Of a DNA stretch of 64,000 nucleotides, positions 12,791 through 26,600 are shown one piece after another; positions within the stretch are counted from its first letter, which is position 1, and the number at the start of each line of letters is the position of its first letter. Position numbers and translations under genes: made by a program. The notes beneath the pieces were generated by a model that was not told where the DNA came from, ran no database searches, and was given only the letters and a program-made list of their open reading frames with translations. The stretch is from contig NMRA01000342.1 of NCBI GenBank assembly GCA_002633005.1, forward strand, positions 334,056 to 398,055, written 5' to 3'. This stretch comes from Phoronis australis. Its lineage: Eukaryota > Animalia > Phoronida.

Positions 12791-13907
12791 TAAGTTGTAC
12801 ATGTTTCCTTGTACATGACTTTTCCTTACGTCATTGAATGGACGCGAAAAACAATCTCTAAACATTTTCAAAAATGTTACTGCGTCTGCACTCGTGCGAA
12901 ATCCAAGACTATACTTTGCGCTTGACACCTAGCAGAAGCTTTCACTATGAAAGAAAAATGAATAGTATTATTGTTGATCAAAAATTGTGACTCAATAAAC
13001 TTGCAAAAGCTTGACTCACGAAGGGTGACACACGTTGCCGTTCGCCAAAAAATCTCAAATCGAGGCATTTTCAGTGCAGCCCGATTGAGCCGCTCCCTTC
13101 ATCTACATGTACTTTCAGTGTTCTGGAGCCTGGTAGTGAAATTTGGGTCTTACGCTGCCACTTCACAATTGCTGAAAAACAGTTTTGGCCAAGTTATTAT
13201 TAATGCAACACAATTTAGAAATAATTTGTAGATTATCTGAGTAACTAACAGTTATGTGTATGTTCTCAATGGCTTTGCAATTATGCTCAAGTGAGATTTA
13301 ATTATTTTTCACCAACAGTTATGTGGTGTGTAAGACCAAATTCCAGAATTTGAGGTCCCTTCTGGTNAGTTCGTACATTGAAAACGGAGGGTTGCACACG
13401 GAAACGGAAGGGCAGTTATCTCCCATAGATTACGTTCTCAATTAGCCAAGAACTGTTGTGACAACCGATGGTGGTTGTCATCAGTCTCAAATAGATATGG
13501 AACAAATGAAAAATATGTTTTTTTATCTGAAATATGCCCTTACTCTATGCAATTTTCGTCTTGTTTCCTTCCCTATGGCCCACTCTTTGAAAATTTGAAG
13601 ATCAACAATTGAAGTACCGTCGGTGTAACAAACGCCGAAACCAATCATTAAAATGGTAGACTAAGTGCACATTTCTGAAAAAACAGAATGCTTCGTGGCT
13701 GTCGGAAGTAGACATTAATTATGAGCACGGCTGCAGTCGGCTATAGGTGGACCAGGTAATTATAAAACAGATGACACATATATCGGAACTTAGAACAGGT
13801 GAGAATTTTTAATGATTGTTTGTCTTCTGCGAATATTTCTGCTAATATCAGCAAGAGCAGCATTGTCATTCAACTTGAGTTGGACAGCTGATGTAAACAT
13901 CCACATC

Positions 13908-14014
13908 TATATGAATGAATGGAAACGCTCGTCGTCGATCAGTACTCCATCACCATACTTCTAACGTCCTCAACACCCGCCAGGTGTCTTAACCAAAAGT
14001 TGGGGAACTAATTG
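13908..14014 (+). promoter_or_regulatory. Candidate core promoter and short 5' UTR exon of the lectin gene
   Basis: TATATGAA at 13908, Inr-like TCAGT at 13939-13943 about 33 nt downstream, consensus donor G|GTAAGT at 14015, and an acceptor just before the ATG at 14443. An alternative TATAAAA lies at 13761. Confidence 0.4.
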
Positions 14015-14450
14015 GTAAGTAGTGATCTTTATCCATTATATGTTATATGTCATAAAGTTCTTCATGCATTGTCAGTAAGTTTTTATCTTGGTATGTATTG
14101 GGCCCTCGCTATATTGACTTAGATTAAGATGATTAGGAAATTTGTGATTTTTGAAGGTCTGCAGTGTAACGGCAATCAGGTCCACATTGACTTGGTAGTT
14201 CATAAATTTTACGAAAAAGCAGTTATTTGTTAAACAAATAAGAGAACCATTAAGCACGACTCAGATAAAAGCTTAGTGTAATTAAAAAAAACGTTTAAGG
14301 GTGTGTTTGTATTCGTTTGATAAGTTATTGTTACGAATAGCTACTCGAGTTTGAGGCAGAATTTTTTGTTATGAGACAGGCAGAATATCATAAAGGAAAC
14401 ATTTTGATGTGACCAAAAATAACTAGATATATGATCTGTGCAGGTCGTAA

Positions 14451-14648
14451 ATGGCGTCCGTAAAGGCACTGTTGGCACTCGCAGTGTGCGTGTGCGCAGT
14501 CACTGTCAATCGAGCGGGGTCAACCGATTGTTATGATGCAAACGACAAGGGAAAGTCCTACACGGGAACTCAATCCACAACGGCTTCCGGAAGAAAATGC
14601 CAGGCATGGGCAGCGCTGTCACCACACAGTCATCACCTCAACAAAGAC
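14451..14648 (+). CDS. Exon: signal peptide and first half of kringle
   Basis: Acceptor tgtgcag ends 14443, ATG at 14451, [19 protein letters not shown]...[28 protein letters not shown], donor gtaagt at 14649 (phase 0). Confidence 0.9.
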
Positions 14649-17600
14649 GTAAGTTTTTTTACTCAGCTTTCATAGCAGTATCATAAAACTATAACAGACG
14701 AACCAAAAGAACGACCCCTGTAGGTCTATAAAAGAAGCTTTACCATCACAAATGGAAGCTTTCAAATACGTTGCACTGGTCCAAGTACGTGTACAGGAAG
14801 CACGGTCCATGGAGAGGGAGCATTCATCTTCAAACTTGAAGTATTACACAAAGCGCGTACCTGGACACGCAAAGCTCGGTATTGTGAATACCTCTAACTT
14901 CCAGGTACGAACATAGTTTTTTGTACCGTGATCAGGCGCAAAGGCTTACTCCTGACCAGGGTTGTGCTTCAGAAACGTCAGTAGGGATATGCCGCAATTT
15001 TTTCCTTCTCAGGTATAGTCTCGGGTGGGTATTTTGCCCGCTCGGGTACTGAGGTATCGTTTCGGTGAGTATCTTATTGTCAGATATTGTTTAGGGTGGT
15101 TACTTTGCGGCTTTCAGGTATCGTCTCGACTGGGTTTATTTATTTATTTATTTATCATTGTGATATTTAAAATGAGGGTGGCTTCTTCAGTGATGTGGAG
15201 ACTGAACTGGGTGTGTGGGGGATGGGTTGAATGGGTGTGGGGGGTTGGGTTGAATCTGTTGTCTCTACCAAAGGCTCTCATCATGTCTCAGATGAGTAAA
15301 CGAAGGGAGGTCTCGTCACTTGGTACCCATTTGTCTAGCTACTCAACGAGTATTGCGTTGGTTTAGGGTTTGACTTTGCGAAGGCACACCCTGATGCATT
15401 ATTTGGGAGATATCCCAGGGTTAATGGCTACTTGCCTTTCATTTCAATATTTTTCAATAACTTTCAAAACATTAGATTTATCATTTGCCAATGCCAACAA
15501 TTCTTAAAGGAAATCACAATTAAAAATTAAGAAAAAGTGCCCTTGGTTGTAAAATGTAGCCGACAAAATTTGATTTCATGGAATTCGACATACACGTAAC
15601 CTAAAGTTGGAGGGTAAATGCTATGAATTTAACCACATCGTTTTTAGTTAGTCATTGTGGTAATTTGACAGGTACGCTTTTCAAATTTTAACCAACACAT
15701 TAGGTTTCCAAACACTGGAGCTGGTTCAATTTTCAATTAGATTTGTTCTTGTGCAATTGCGGTCAAAATTATGGCTTTAATCGGTGCTCCAAAACTTTCG
15801 AATATTTAAATACCCAACAATCACAAAGGTCACATGATGTGGCCAATAGATGGCGTGCTGACAAGACTTAAAATGTTTGCAACATATTCTTCACGCCGTA
15901 TTGAGATTGATAAATTCATATACAAACACAAAGTGATCCTCCCTGGGACAATAGCTTCATTGCTTAATTCGTGCCTGAAACAATAAACTATTGCTCTGTC
16001 TGGCTGCTTGTCGAGAACTGAGTTTCGGATATTAAGGTGAATTGGTAAACTGTAAAAATGCGGGGATAGCATTTCAATTACTTACACTGCAAAATGACTT
16101 CTCACTGGAAAAGTGGTCCATGAGTTTGTTCAATTTCTCCATACCCAGGAAGTCAAATTTGTTTGCAAATGGTTAAATCTGTATAGAAGAAGAGACTTTT
16201 TGACTTCACAACACGTTTTGTCCTTTCATTTAACCAGCACGGTTAACCACAAGATCGGGAGCTGTAACCACTTAAGTAAAGACACCCTAGGAGACCGTCA
16301 CTACTACATCCGATCTCTATAAGCAAAATATATTAATGAACTCGAGTGGATTTCCGAAGAAACGTGCCTCACGATCACGTTCTCTTTCAGTCTAAGTTTC
16401 CGAACGACGACAGCGTAAAAGATGCCTCCAACTATTGTCGTAACCCGGATAATTCACGTGAGCCTTGGTGTTACACGGCGGACAAAGACAAACGATTCGA
16501 ATATTGTGGAGTAAAGAAATGCGAAGCCAACTCCCAGGCCGGTAAGTTACTCACTGTACAATTGATGTGTTTAATAACAATGATTTCTGGCGTCTCTGCA
16601 TGTTACTCAAGTGTCCAAATCACGACGTCCCATGTTATTTATCTGAAACTGTATCAATGTTCCGTGATAGTCAAGGTGTTAGATCTAGACACTGCCACCC
16701 ATACACAGGGCCTCACTGTTCAGCATGCATTTTATAGTTAACTCAGTCAGACAATGGCATTCTTTACCTGGCTACATTAAGATTGAGTATCTTAAATTAT
16801 TTAATCAATCCTTCGTATCTCATCTCACACTCAATTAAATGTCCATAGAGTTATAATATTTAATATTTATAATCATTCTATCGTACGTAGTCATTTTCAT
16901 CTGTATCTCATCCCAAAATTATTTTTATTTATTTTTAATTATTCTAGTTATTAATATTCTTACCTTGTTCTTGCTCATTGTATTTAGAGGACCATGAGGT
17001 GGACAAGCTGTTACTTAACATGTTTTTAACATCTCTAAATAAAAAGTCTTATCGTGTAATGAGTAAGTAAATGATTGGACAGTTATAATCCCACATAACG
17101 GAATGAACCACTTGAATGATTTGTCATTTCTGTTGCAAAAAGCAAAATGTCTCGCCTTATTGAACAGTTTTTAGTAGCTTGTGTTCTATAAAATACATCG
17201 CGTGCACGATTTAGCCTGCAAGGCAACTTGGGTAGCCTTTATTTTTTGCTTCTTGCTTAGAAAGTTTTTCTGTAAATGAGCGTTTCATTTTCATACACAG
17301 GATCCTCGGAAGCTGGGTTGTCTCAGGCAAAAAGTCTGATCGCCTCCTTCAAGACCATGATAACGGATCTGAAAAGCAAGATTGACGAAATGATCGTTGC
17401 AGAAAGAGACTCTCGTTCTGCCAACGAATACAACTTCAAGAAAATCACCAAAGACATTGAAGAAAAGGAGTTCGAAAGTAATGGAGGCGCAGTAAGTCCA
17501 TTTAACGGAAGATCTTAGTTATGAGATCAAAACTTTGCAATTACTGTGCTAAGAGCCTACATTTTGACAAAGTCTAAAATGATATTGAAGGCTTTATATA

Positions 17601-20600
17601 ATTATTCATTTTAATTGTATTGAGCTTGGCTACAATAGCGCCATCCCGGATTACACAACGACACTAGAATAGAATTTCGCTGTATTTACCAACAATAACG
17701 CAATATCCGCCAAGAACATCTGTAGCCCCGTTTTCGCGCCTTTGGAGATCTACATGTTCATTGCCGTCGTCGTATGCTTTGCAAGTTCTTTTTGACTGCA
17801 TTACTCAATTTATACTTCCGATGCCAACGAAGTATCCCTGCTGTGTGAACAGCAACTACGACGGAAAAAAGACGGACAACTTGACTAAAATCCGTGGTTA
17901 CGTGATGTTAGATTCGTCACTTTCCCCGACATTAGAGACAAGACAATGTAGAGAGAGTGGATGAAACAAGCTCGTCAGGTTTTCATTTTCAATTCCGGTA
18001 CTTTTAAACGGATGAAATCGGGAATATTTCCAGGGAAATAAACCTTGGCAGCTTCCGAAAATGTGCGTGACAGTCCAAAACGAGGTCAATGAAAACAACG
18101 CGCTTTCTCATCTCCGGTTCAAAGGAGAGTTCCACCGCATCGTAATCTAGGACAATTTTTATGTTGGTTCACATAAACGAAAATCTAATCTTGCAGGAAT
18201 GTGATTCATCTAACGATTCCAAGAAGTCAGGCTCCTCCACCAAAGAGGAATCTGAAGAAAAAGAAGAGGAAAAAGAAGAAATCAAATGTAAGGAACCATT
18301 TTACCAAAGTTCATTAAACATATAACCTTGATAGCGGTTAATTCTATTTCAATAGCTGGAGATCCCGTTTAAGAAATCTAAACTATTGGGTAGAGTCTTT
18401 AAGCCTGCATTAACAATTTCCTCGTGTTAAAATAGGTCAAGGTTTGTTCACGGGCGTATTTACCCTTCTACTGGTTTCTCATCTTTTGTTTAAATTGAAC
18501 CTGGTTACAACCGATCGCATAGAATTCCCCTGAGTCTAGTGGGTCTGGTCTGAAGAAAATAACCACCTGTCAATTCTTTGCAAGCTTAGAAATCGTTTCT
18601 AATCAGAATGAATAACAAGAGGGAAGCGATCTGATAACAGCAAGCGGTCTTATTAAAAAGTTAGTTTTTGACAGGATGGGCGAGTTTATTGCCCTCTTAG
18701 CATCGCCATCACATTAATGAAAACTTCACAAATCCCACCAGGGACTGGCCATTGTACATTTGAACATAAGAGAGGAATAATTATTGACTTACAAAACAGT
18801 GTGGACACTTAGTTTATACTGCTTCGCTAACTCTTTACAAGTCTACAATGCACCGTTTTTCAAGGTAAGACTCCTTCCATGAGGAAACCTTTCAAATGTG
18901 GTACCAGCATAAATTGTCACGGTATGTCTTTAAAAATCATCAGAAAATACACATGTTAGCTGTGTCCATAAGCATCCACATTACAAAACAAGTACAAACT
19001 GGACACCAAAGTCATCGTGAAAAATACGTCAACGTGGTTTCTGATTAAGAAACGAGTAATGCCGTATATAAGCTGACGAATACATACATACATACGATAT
19101 ATTATTTTACTTTGTTAGCTTGTCCCGAAGGCACAGTCACCTTTGAAGGTTCTTGCATTCGTATCGTCGCCGACAAATACAATTGGATGGCTGCCAACGA
19201 GAGATGTCAGAAGAACGGTGAACATCTCGTGTTTATAGAATCCAAAGAAAAGTACGACTTCTTGGTTAAAGAACTCAAGCAAAACAGGGGTACGTTAACT
19301 GCGTCTGTCGTTATGACTCATCGTCTCCTCACTGTAGGTAATCGTTGTCACAGTTGTCAACCTCTTCCACCTCCTCGTCGTCGTCATGATCAGTCATCAC
19401 CACCTTCATCTTCATCTATTTGTCTGTTAACGTTACAATCAGCATCCTTGTCATGACCCCCATCATCACATCAACAGCCTCTTTGTTGTTCATATAACCA
19501 TCGTAATCGCCCCCTTTGACGAACAACGTCACCGTCTAATGTCACCATGAGTGATATTCATACTATTATTATTATTTTTATTGTTTACACAGCTACCACT
19601 ATCAAAATCAACATTGTCGTCGTCGTTGTTGTCGCTACCTATATCGTCATCAGTGTCGCAATCGTCTTCTTCTTTATTCTTCTCATTCCTCATGTTCAAC
19701 CATCCTAACTTTTTTGAAAACTGTCAGGCAAGCGTTGATCTGTTGCTTGAGAGGTCGTATTTGCCAACGAGAAATATTAACTACTACGGAAAATCGTCAC
19801 GCCATAAATTGTCTCTGTTATTTACTGTTATTTTCTTGGTTAACTTTTCTTTCGGCTTTTGCAGAAATCAACAGCAACGGCATCTGGACTGGTGCCACGG
19901 ATCGTGACTCTGAAGGTTATTTCAAGTGGCACCCTAGTGAACGTTACTTGCACAGCAGTGACTTTTCTATGTGGGCATCAGGTTAGTTGGCCACCATCTT
20001 TAATTCATTACATGTATTTCCTCCGTAACTGCCAGTAATTTTTGGATGTGCAACTCAATATGCGAGTTTGGTTTGATCAAATCACTTGGGCGGACTGAAG
20101 TATTCGCACACTAGGCTGATTCGAGACAGTGCCATGTACTTGGTAACCATAGTTTCCAAAATGATTTCATGATATTATGCAGATTTAACTTACCGCAATG
20201 TCAGACCAGTTTTATAACGGTAAGTGCATTGCAGGAAATAAAATGTCTGAGCATAATCGTTATTAATTTTACGTACAGGACAGCCAGACGACCACAGTGG
20301 ACAGGAAGACTGCGTGCAGATGAGAAAGAGTGACTACAGGTGGAATGATGCTACGTGTGCAGCGCAACTGTCGTTTGCTTGCGAGATCGCCCTCAAAGGT
20401 AACATGGCCCTAATTGCTCGACTTGATCCATCGCGCGTATGCCCAGATAAGAGAACACGGAAGGTTTTGCGCACAACCCAATTACAAGTGATAATGAGAG
20501 AAAGATATTTTTGAGAGAATTCTAAGGAGAGTTATTTTCCGGTCTTCTGCTACAATTCTGAAGTGCTGATAATGCAGTTGAACGGTGGGATATGGTAGTT

Positions 20601-23600
20601 GATTCTGGACCCTATACCGTAAGTCAGAATACTCGAGACGGGAAGCGTAGCAATATCTTGTGAAGGTTGATGTGATCCCAATCGCCTCGCAAGCAACTAA
20701 CTTTAGGGAGCGTGACCGTAGCTAGTGAGTACGCACATCATTTTAGCACAAGCTGTCCACTCATTCAGAGCTTATAAGACAGACCTCGTACTTTAGCAAT
20801 AGCATTTTCAATCTCTTATAGGACTTACCTCGACTTAAGAGGCTGAATTTAGGGGACACGTGATGAATCCATGTCATACGCAAATTGAATTTAGCCAAAT
20901 ATGCGTCACTTCAACGAACAATAGGCATCCAATTCATTTGCCAACTCGGTCTTGACGCTGCAAGACCCGTTACGCTCGATGTCAGTATGCTGAGCAATAG
21001 GCCACCATGAAACTGAACTTGTCTATGGACTCTTTGCCAAACCGAAAATCAACAGGGAAAACGGATACGATTTTCCAACGTTCTCTCTACTGGAAAGTCT
21101 CTTTATTAGGAGTGATAAAGCACACAACACTCACAGATAACCATACACGGAGCCTTGGCGTCCGGTTTCTCATATAGGTCTACACTAGAACCAGGCATTG
21201 AGCAATCTTAAAAGAAAACTAGTTTATTTCAAAATTCGACAAATCACTGCAGGCAAGACAATATTGCCGATGTCCTCAAAAAAAAACCCCCAAATGAATG
21301 TATTTGTAGACCTCAACAAGCCTCTGCAGGGTGATGAAGGAGAAGTTGAAACAGAGCAAGGCTGCGCCCGCGAAGTCTACCTCAGCCACGTGGCCGATAC
21401 CGCATTTACAGCATCCTCTTCATACAGCAAGACTTATTATCCTCAAAGGTCGCGTCTGCACAACACAGCTATGGCGGGTTATCAGGGCGGCTGGATGCCA
21501 CGCAACAATGACAAAAATCCATGGATTCAGGTTAGTCCCATTGCTTGATAATCAAAGAATTTAAAGTAGATGAAATTACTGATCAGCTTTTTCGCACGGA
21601 AGACAATGACCGCAGCTTGGGCGGTTAAGTTCGAGTGTGGAAGTTGGTATTTTTCAATCATTGGAGATTAAACCGAGTTTTAATGATTTCCTACAAAATC
21701 GGTTGTGCCATCTACATGTACATTTATATGTATATTTGTATGATGTATACGAGACAAGTTTTGTTGAAAGTGACGTTCCATTTGTTTTTAATGGCCTTAA
21801 TAGATAAACGCGGTAGACTGATCTCGCGACAGACGTCATTTGATGGCAAAGATGACCCAGGCTTTTGGCAGCGAGGAAAGCACAAAAAGCCAATATTACA
21901 GGCTCCATATTCAAACCACGTAACGAGAATAGATATGCAGTACAATTGTCCGGTAGTTCGTGTCTCATGAAACGTGTTCAGGTAAGGTCCATAATGGGTG
22001 ATCATGAAGAAAACATCATATAAACAAGAATTCGATCACACACACAAAGAAACTATCTCCGACCACTCAACTACGCAAGTCCAAAACGCGGGAAAATCCA
22101 GTGTCCAGCTGACAGGAATTTGATTGCAAGTGACTCCAACGTTTGGAGGCGCTGTTCATCAGGTTGAGAATGACTTTGGTGTAACATAGTCTTCAACTGG
22201 AATTTTACATTTCTTGGTGAATGTGCATAGGATTCAAACAACAACGCGACTGCTTTACGTTAACACACAAATAACTGGCTGTAATATGCCATAATCCAAA
22301 ACCGGTCACTTGGATATTGTATTCGCGTTTGTATGATATTTTATTCACTTAAATACAATTGGCAAACATATATCTTCATATTTTAAAAGGTTGATCTTGG
22401 AGAAAGTAAACAAGTTGTTGCCGTGGCAACCCAAGGGCTGGAGTCGAGCAGTTACTGGACGACATCCTACGCGATCCGTTTCAGTGACGACGGAAAATCC
22501 TGGACTGAGCAGCTTAACGGTAAGAAGGAAGTTCAAGCTCTCGTTAATTAAGTTATTTCCAGAAAAATCAAACTACCTCGAGTAGCATCAGCGGAGAAGT
22601 GGTACCGGAAAAGGAAATGGGTGGCATGCAGAATTCCGTATGTTTGCGCTGGTACGGATGTTCTGGTTTATACGTCATAAACAGTGGGTTCGAGAATGAG
22701 CCGGACAATTATGGTGAATAGTTTTGTTGTTTCCTTGACACCCTGTTCCTCTGAACGTGTCACAAAACACGAGGTTGTTAAGAATGCAACCAGTCAGTTT
22801 GTTCTTGTTGCAACAGCTGCAAATCGCAAAGGCGTTTATCAGCTTCCAACCGGTCAAAATGTTACTCACCCCTATTTTTATTAACCATTGAGAAACAAGA
22901 ATCACCATGCTTTGACAGTGCTACCGCACGTGAGAAAGAATGTACTGACAGTCCTGAAGTATTTATAGCCAGACTCCAAAGTCACGTGGAACTTCATTTT
23001 ATGTTCAACACAACTCTATTTTTGGTTTACTGCTCGTAGCAAATCAAACGTCTCAATGATAAACATCGGGTAGGAGAAAGCCCCGCGTACACAGTACTTG
23101 CTTGGTTATACCTGGCAATGCATGCATCACTGGATTAGACACCTTTCTTACACCTTCGAAATTCCATGAGCAAGATGTAAGTCATTTCACCTCGAAAGTG
23201 TAACTTTTCGCTTCCACGAAGAGGGAAGCTAGGCTCCAAGAAATGTGACATAAACGTAAAATTGACATTTTTTAGCCCAGAACCACCACGTCCCTACTAA
23301 TTCTTAACATACACATGTNGCAGCAGATTCCTTGATTAACAGCAAAAACGTTAAAAGGAGCTGCCATCTTGAAGAAAAGTGTACCTGCAGCCGGGCTAGT
23401 GGATTTTTGTCATTCATAGCATGTTCGCAAACACAAGCAAACCAGTTTCACCTAATCTACTTGTAATACATACATTAAAATTACCGCCAAACCTGACTTT
23501 CTCCCAACTACTAAGCGGCAACAAGATTTTCTGTAATTCTAAACAGGTTGTAGGGCAGTAAAAGCTCCCGTTAAAATAGTATCTGTATCACGTGACTATG

Positions 23601-26600
23601 TCTTTTTGTGCGCCCACATATACATTATTATGTGGGTGCATTATGACGTCATCTCTGTCTGGGCGTCCGGGTATCCAGCATCTCCTGCTGTATCTGCTAA
23701 ACCCCTTACAGGATCTTAATGAAGTGTGTTAAGTTTGTTCCTATGAGACTGACAACAGACGACGACGATATTTATGAAAATTTGCAAGTTCATTCCCATG
23801 AAGTTTGGAAGGGTGTGTTCCTAAGAGCTTGACAGCAGATGACGACCTCTTTTGGACGGATCCGGCTACCAATGTGGAATTTGATTTATTTCTGTATGCC
23901 TGTGTAACATTGGAGTTACGTGACAGGAATTTGGTAAATGTTTTTGTATTAAGGAGATGACGCCACCGTAATTCTTATTTTCAGACAGGTTCGACGTACT
24001 CTGCGCCACCCCTGGAAGCTTAACCTTTGCGATGCAGTCGTGGGCGAATTTCAACGCCTTACGTTGTTCTTGTTCTCAATAATTATGATTTCTGTTTTTT
24101 GGTCGGCTTTACCACTTAAATGGAATCTAAGACGCATGAGTATAACTTGTTCCTTAGAACCTGCATATATTTCAGGCTTTGACTTGTTATTTCACATATG
24201 CCCGATTTACTTCAGAGGCTATTAACTCAAAATTCTATCTACATTCAAACTGGTTGCAAATGAAATGCCTCCATATATATATTTACCAGCCTCCCGTTCA
24301 GTAACGATAGGATCTCGCTAAAAAGCAAGACGTGAAATATTGCCGTGTATTCTGAATGAGAGCACGTGACTTTGGCTAGATTTTAGCTAGGTCCTAGCGT
24401 AGGTCCTAGCGTTACTGAACGCACTCCAGAATTCTCCGTGTAACGGGTTACACGTAGTGAAATCCATTGTGCAATGTACACTTCCATGACACAAAATATG
24501 AATACTGTGTTACTTTTAAGGTGGTTATCCTTTTAACGGAAACAACAACAAGAACGGAGTGGTTGTCAACAAACTTAAGTTCCCGTTCAAAGCTCGCTAC
24601 GTGAGGATTGTGCCAAGGAAGTGGCGGGGTTACTCCGCTATCAGATGGCAATTGTATGGACCTGAATGCGAAAGTAAGTAAACAGTAGCAGCAAGTGCTA
24701 AGGAAAGTTAATAAATGGAACGCCTGGACCCTGTATATAGTGTTTTAAGTGAAACGTGCTTTGCTAAAGCGCTTGTTATTGTGTTCTTGTACATATGCTA
24801 ACTACATGTATCATGCTCGGACTGTTGTTTCCCGAACGCACGTAGATGGTTTCCTTATTTTCAAAAAAATAATCAAAATTCTCTGTTTATAAAGAAAATT
24901 GCTGCGAAATGTAGACCAAGAATTCAAGTGAGACATTTTTTTGTGTATGACTGGTCTGTCTCCAGAACGTCGTGGTTGTGAGAAATGAACTTTACCTAAC
25001 GTTCAGGGTTCCAAGTGTAAGAAGAGATACCAATGTCCTGATAGCTAGTAAGTTTAATACTCGTGCTTACCAAGCTCAACATTTTTGAACCTCGATCATG
25101 GGCGGATTTTACACTCCTCCCCTCACCTGCACTATACTAAAACGTTGCCTGCATGTTGTTTTCAAGGCTTCCCCAGATATTTTGGTTTGTTCTCCTTTTT
25201 CAACATAGTGGACAAGGTTCAACTTTTCATTAGTGGAGCTTTGATGTTTTATCCTCAAAATTTTCCTCAAGATGATAGTCAAGTCACATCCTTTTCAGAA
25301 ACGTGACGTTTCTCTTCAATTTGTTTGGGGGTGGGGCGCGAAAGGGGTGGGGTTACTGAAAAAAGAACTACTTCCATCCCTTGTTTGAACAGTGACAAAC
25401 AAGTGGTTCTTGTAAATAGTAGAAAGCACGTATCTTATTTTGGATTTTGGTTTTCCATTGTCTAATGCCATCTACTCCTGTTTCAGCATGTGTTGGTAAG
25501 CGACTCATCGCCAGTTTGAAGGGCGAAGGCCTTAAGGCCTCTTCAAGATGGGATCATAGACATGACGTTAAGTACTCTCTCCTGCATCACGTGGCTAACG
25601 CCGAATCTATCGGTAGCTGGTCAGCAAAACGAAACGATAAGAACCAATACGTTCAGGTAGGTATGGTCTTAAACGAAGTAATTCGGAACATGGTCGCCGT
25701 ATCCCAGTTGTGAAAATAAAATCTGAAATAATTTGTGTAAACACGGACTTAACAGAGCACAGTTAAAGTTATGTTGAGTGCTGCTTCGGCGGTCAAAACT
25801 GCAAACTTCAAGAATGAAGCTGGTTATTAACACAGATCACAGTTTGTCTATGGAAACAAAGAGCATCACACATGCCTTATTACACGGCTCGCTTTCTGGT
25901 GACGAGTCGAAAAATGAAATCAATACACTCGCTACTGTGTGAAACGGGATGTCCCTAGGTAATAGTCATATTGCCGAAATAGCTTCAACATACCTTTAAG
26001 AGAATAGATATCTAGAAAGTCTATTAACCTAAAAGTTTCAAATTTTATCGAAATCGTGTAGCCATAGCTTAGGCTGAATTGAAAATAGGAACCGCAATCC
26101 GTCAATGATACAGAATACAGAAGGTGAAGTGTCCAGCGATCATTCTTTTCCAGGTCGACCTTGGAAAGGTTGAGAATATTTCAGCGGTGGCCACCCAAGG
26201 ACGAGAAGAAGCTTCACAGTACGTGACGTCATACTTCCTTAAATACAGCAACAACGCCCACGTTTGGACTAAGTACGATAAAGGTCGCGTGTTCTCAGCC
26301 AATTATGATCAGAACACCGTGGTACGACACTCGCTGAACCCACCAATCAAGGCGCGCTACGTCATGCTGGTACCAGTGTCGTGGAAGTCTCATATTTCTC
26401 TCCGCTGGGAACTATATTCACCTTCCGGATGCGAAGTTGCAAGTAAGCATATTTTAGTTGAAAAAGAAAAGTGCATGGTAGCTGTTATAGAACAAACTAA
26501 ATCCCAAGCAATGAATGTTGGTGACATCAGTCCCAACTCACATTTTTTGCGCAAAAAGATACTTTGGGTGTCACTTTGAAGCTAATGAGTACATGTCAAT

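Noticed and set aside
15025-15366. 113-aa hydrophobic ORF in the lectin intron
   Set aside because: Low-complexity G/T-rich sequence, GTG start, and no motif.
14451-16541. Calling the gene plasminogen, apolipoprotein(a) or HGF
   Set aside because: Single kringle and no PAN or serine-protease domain.
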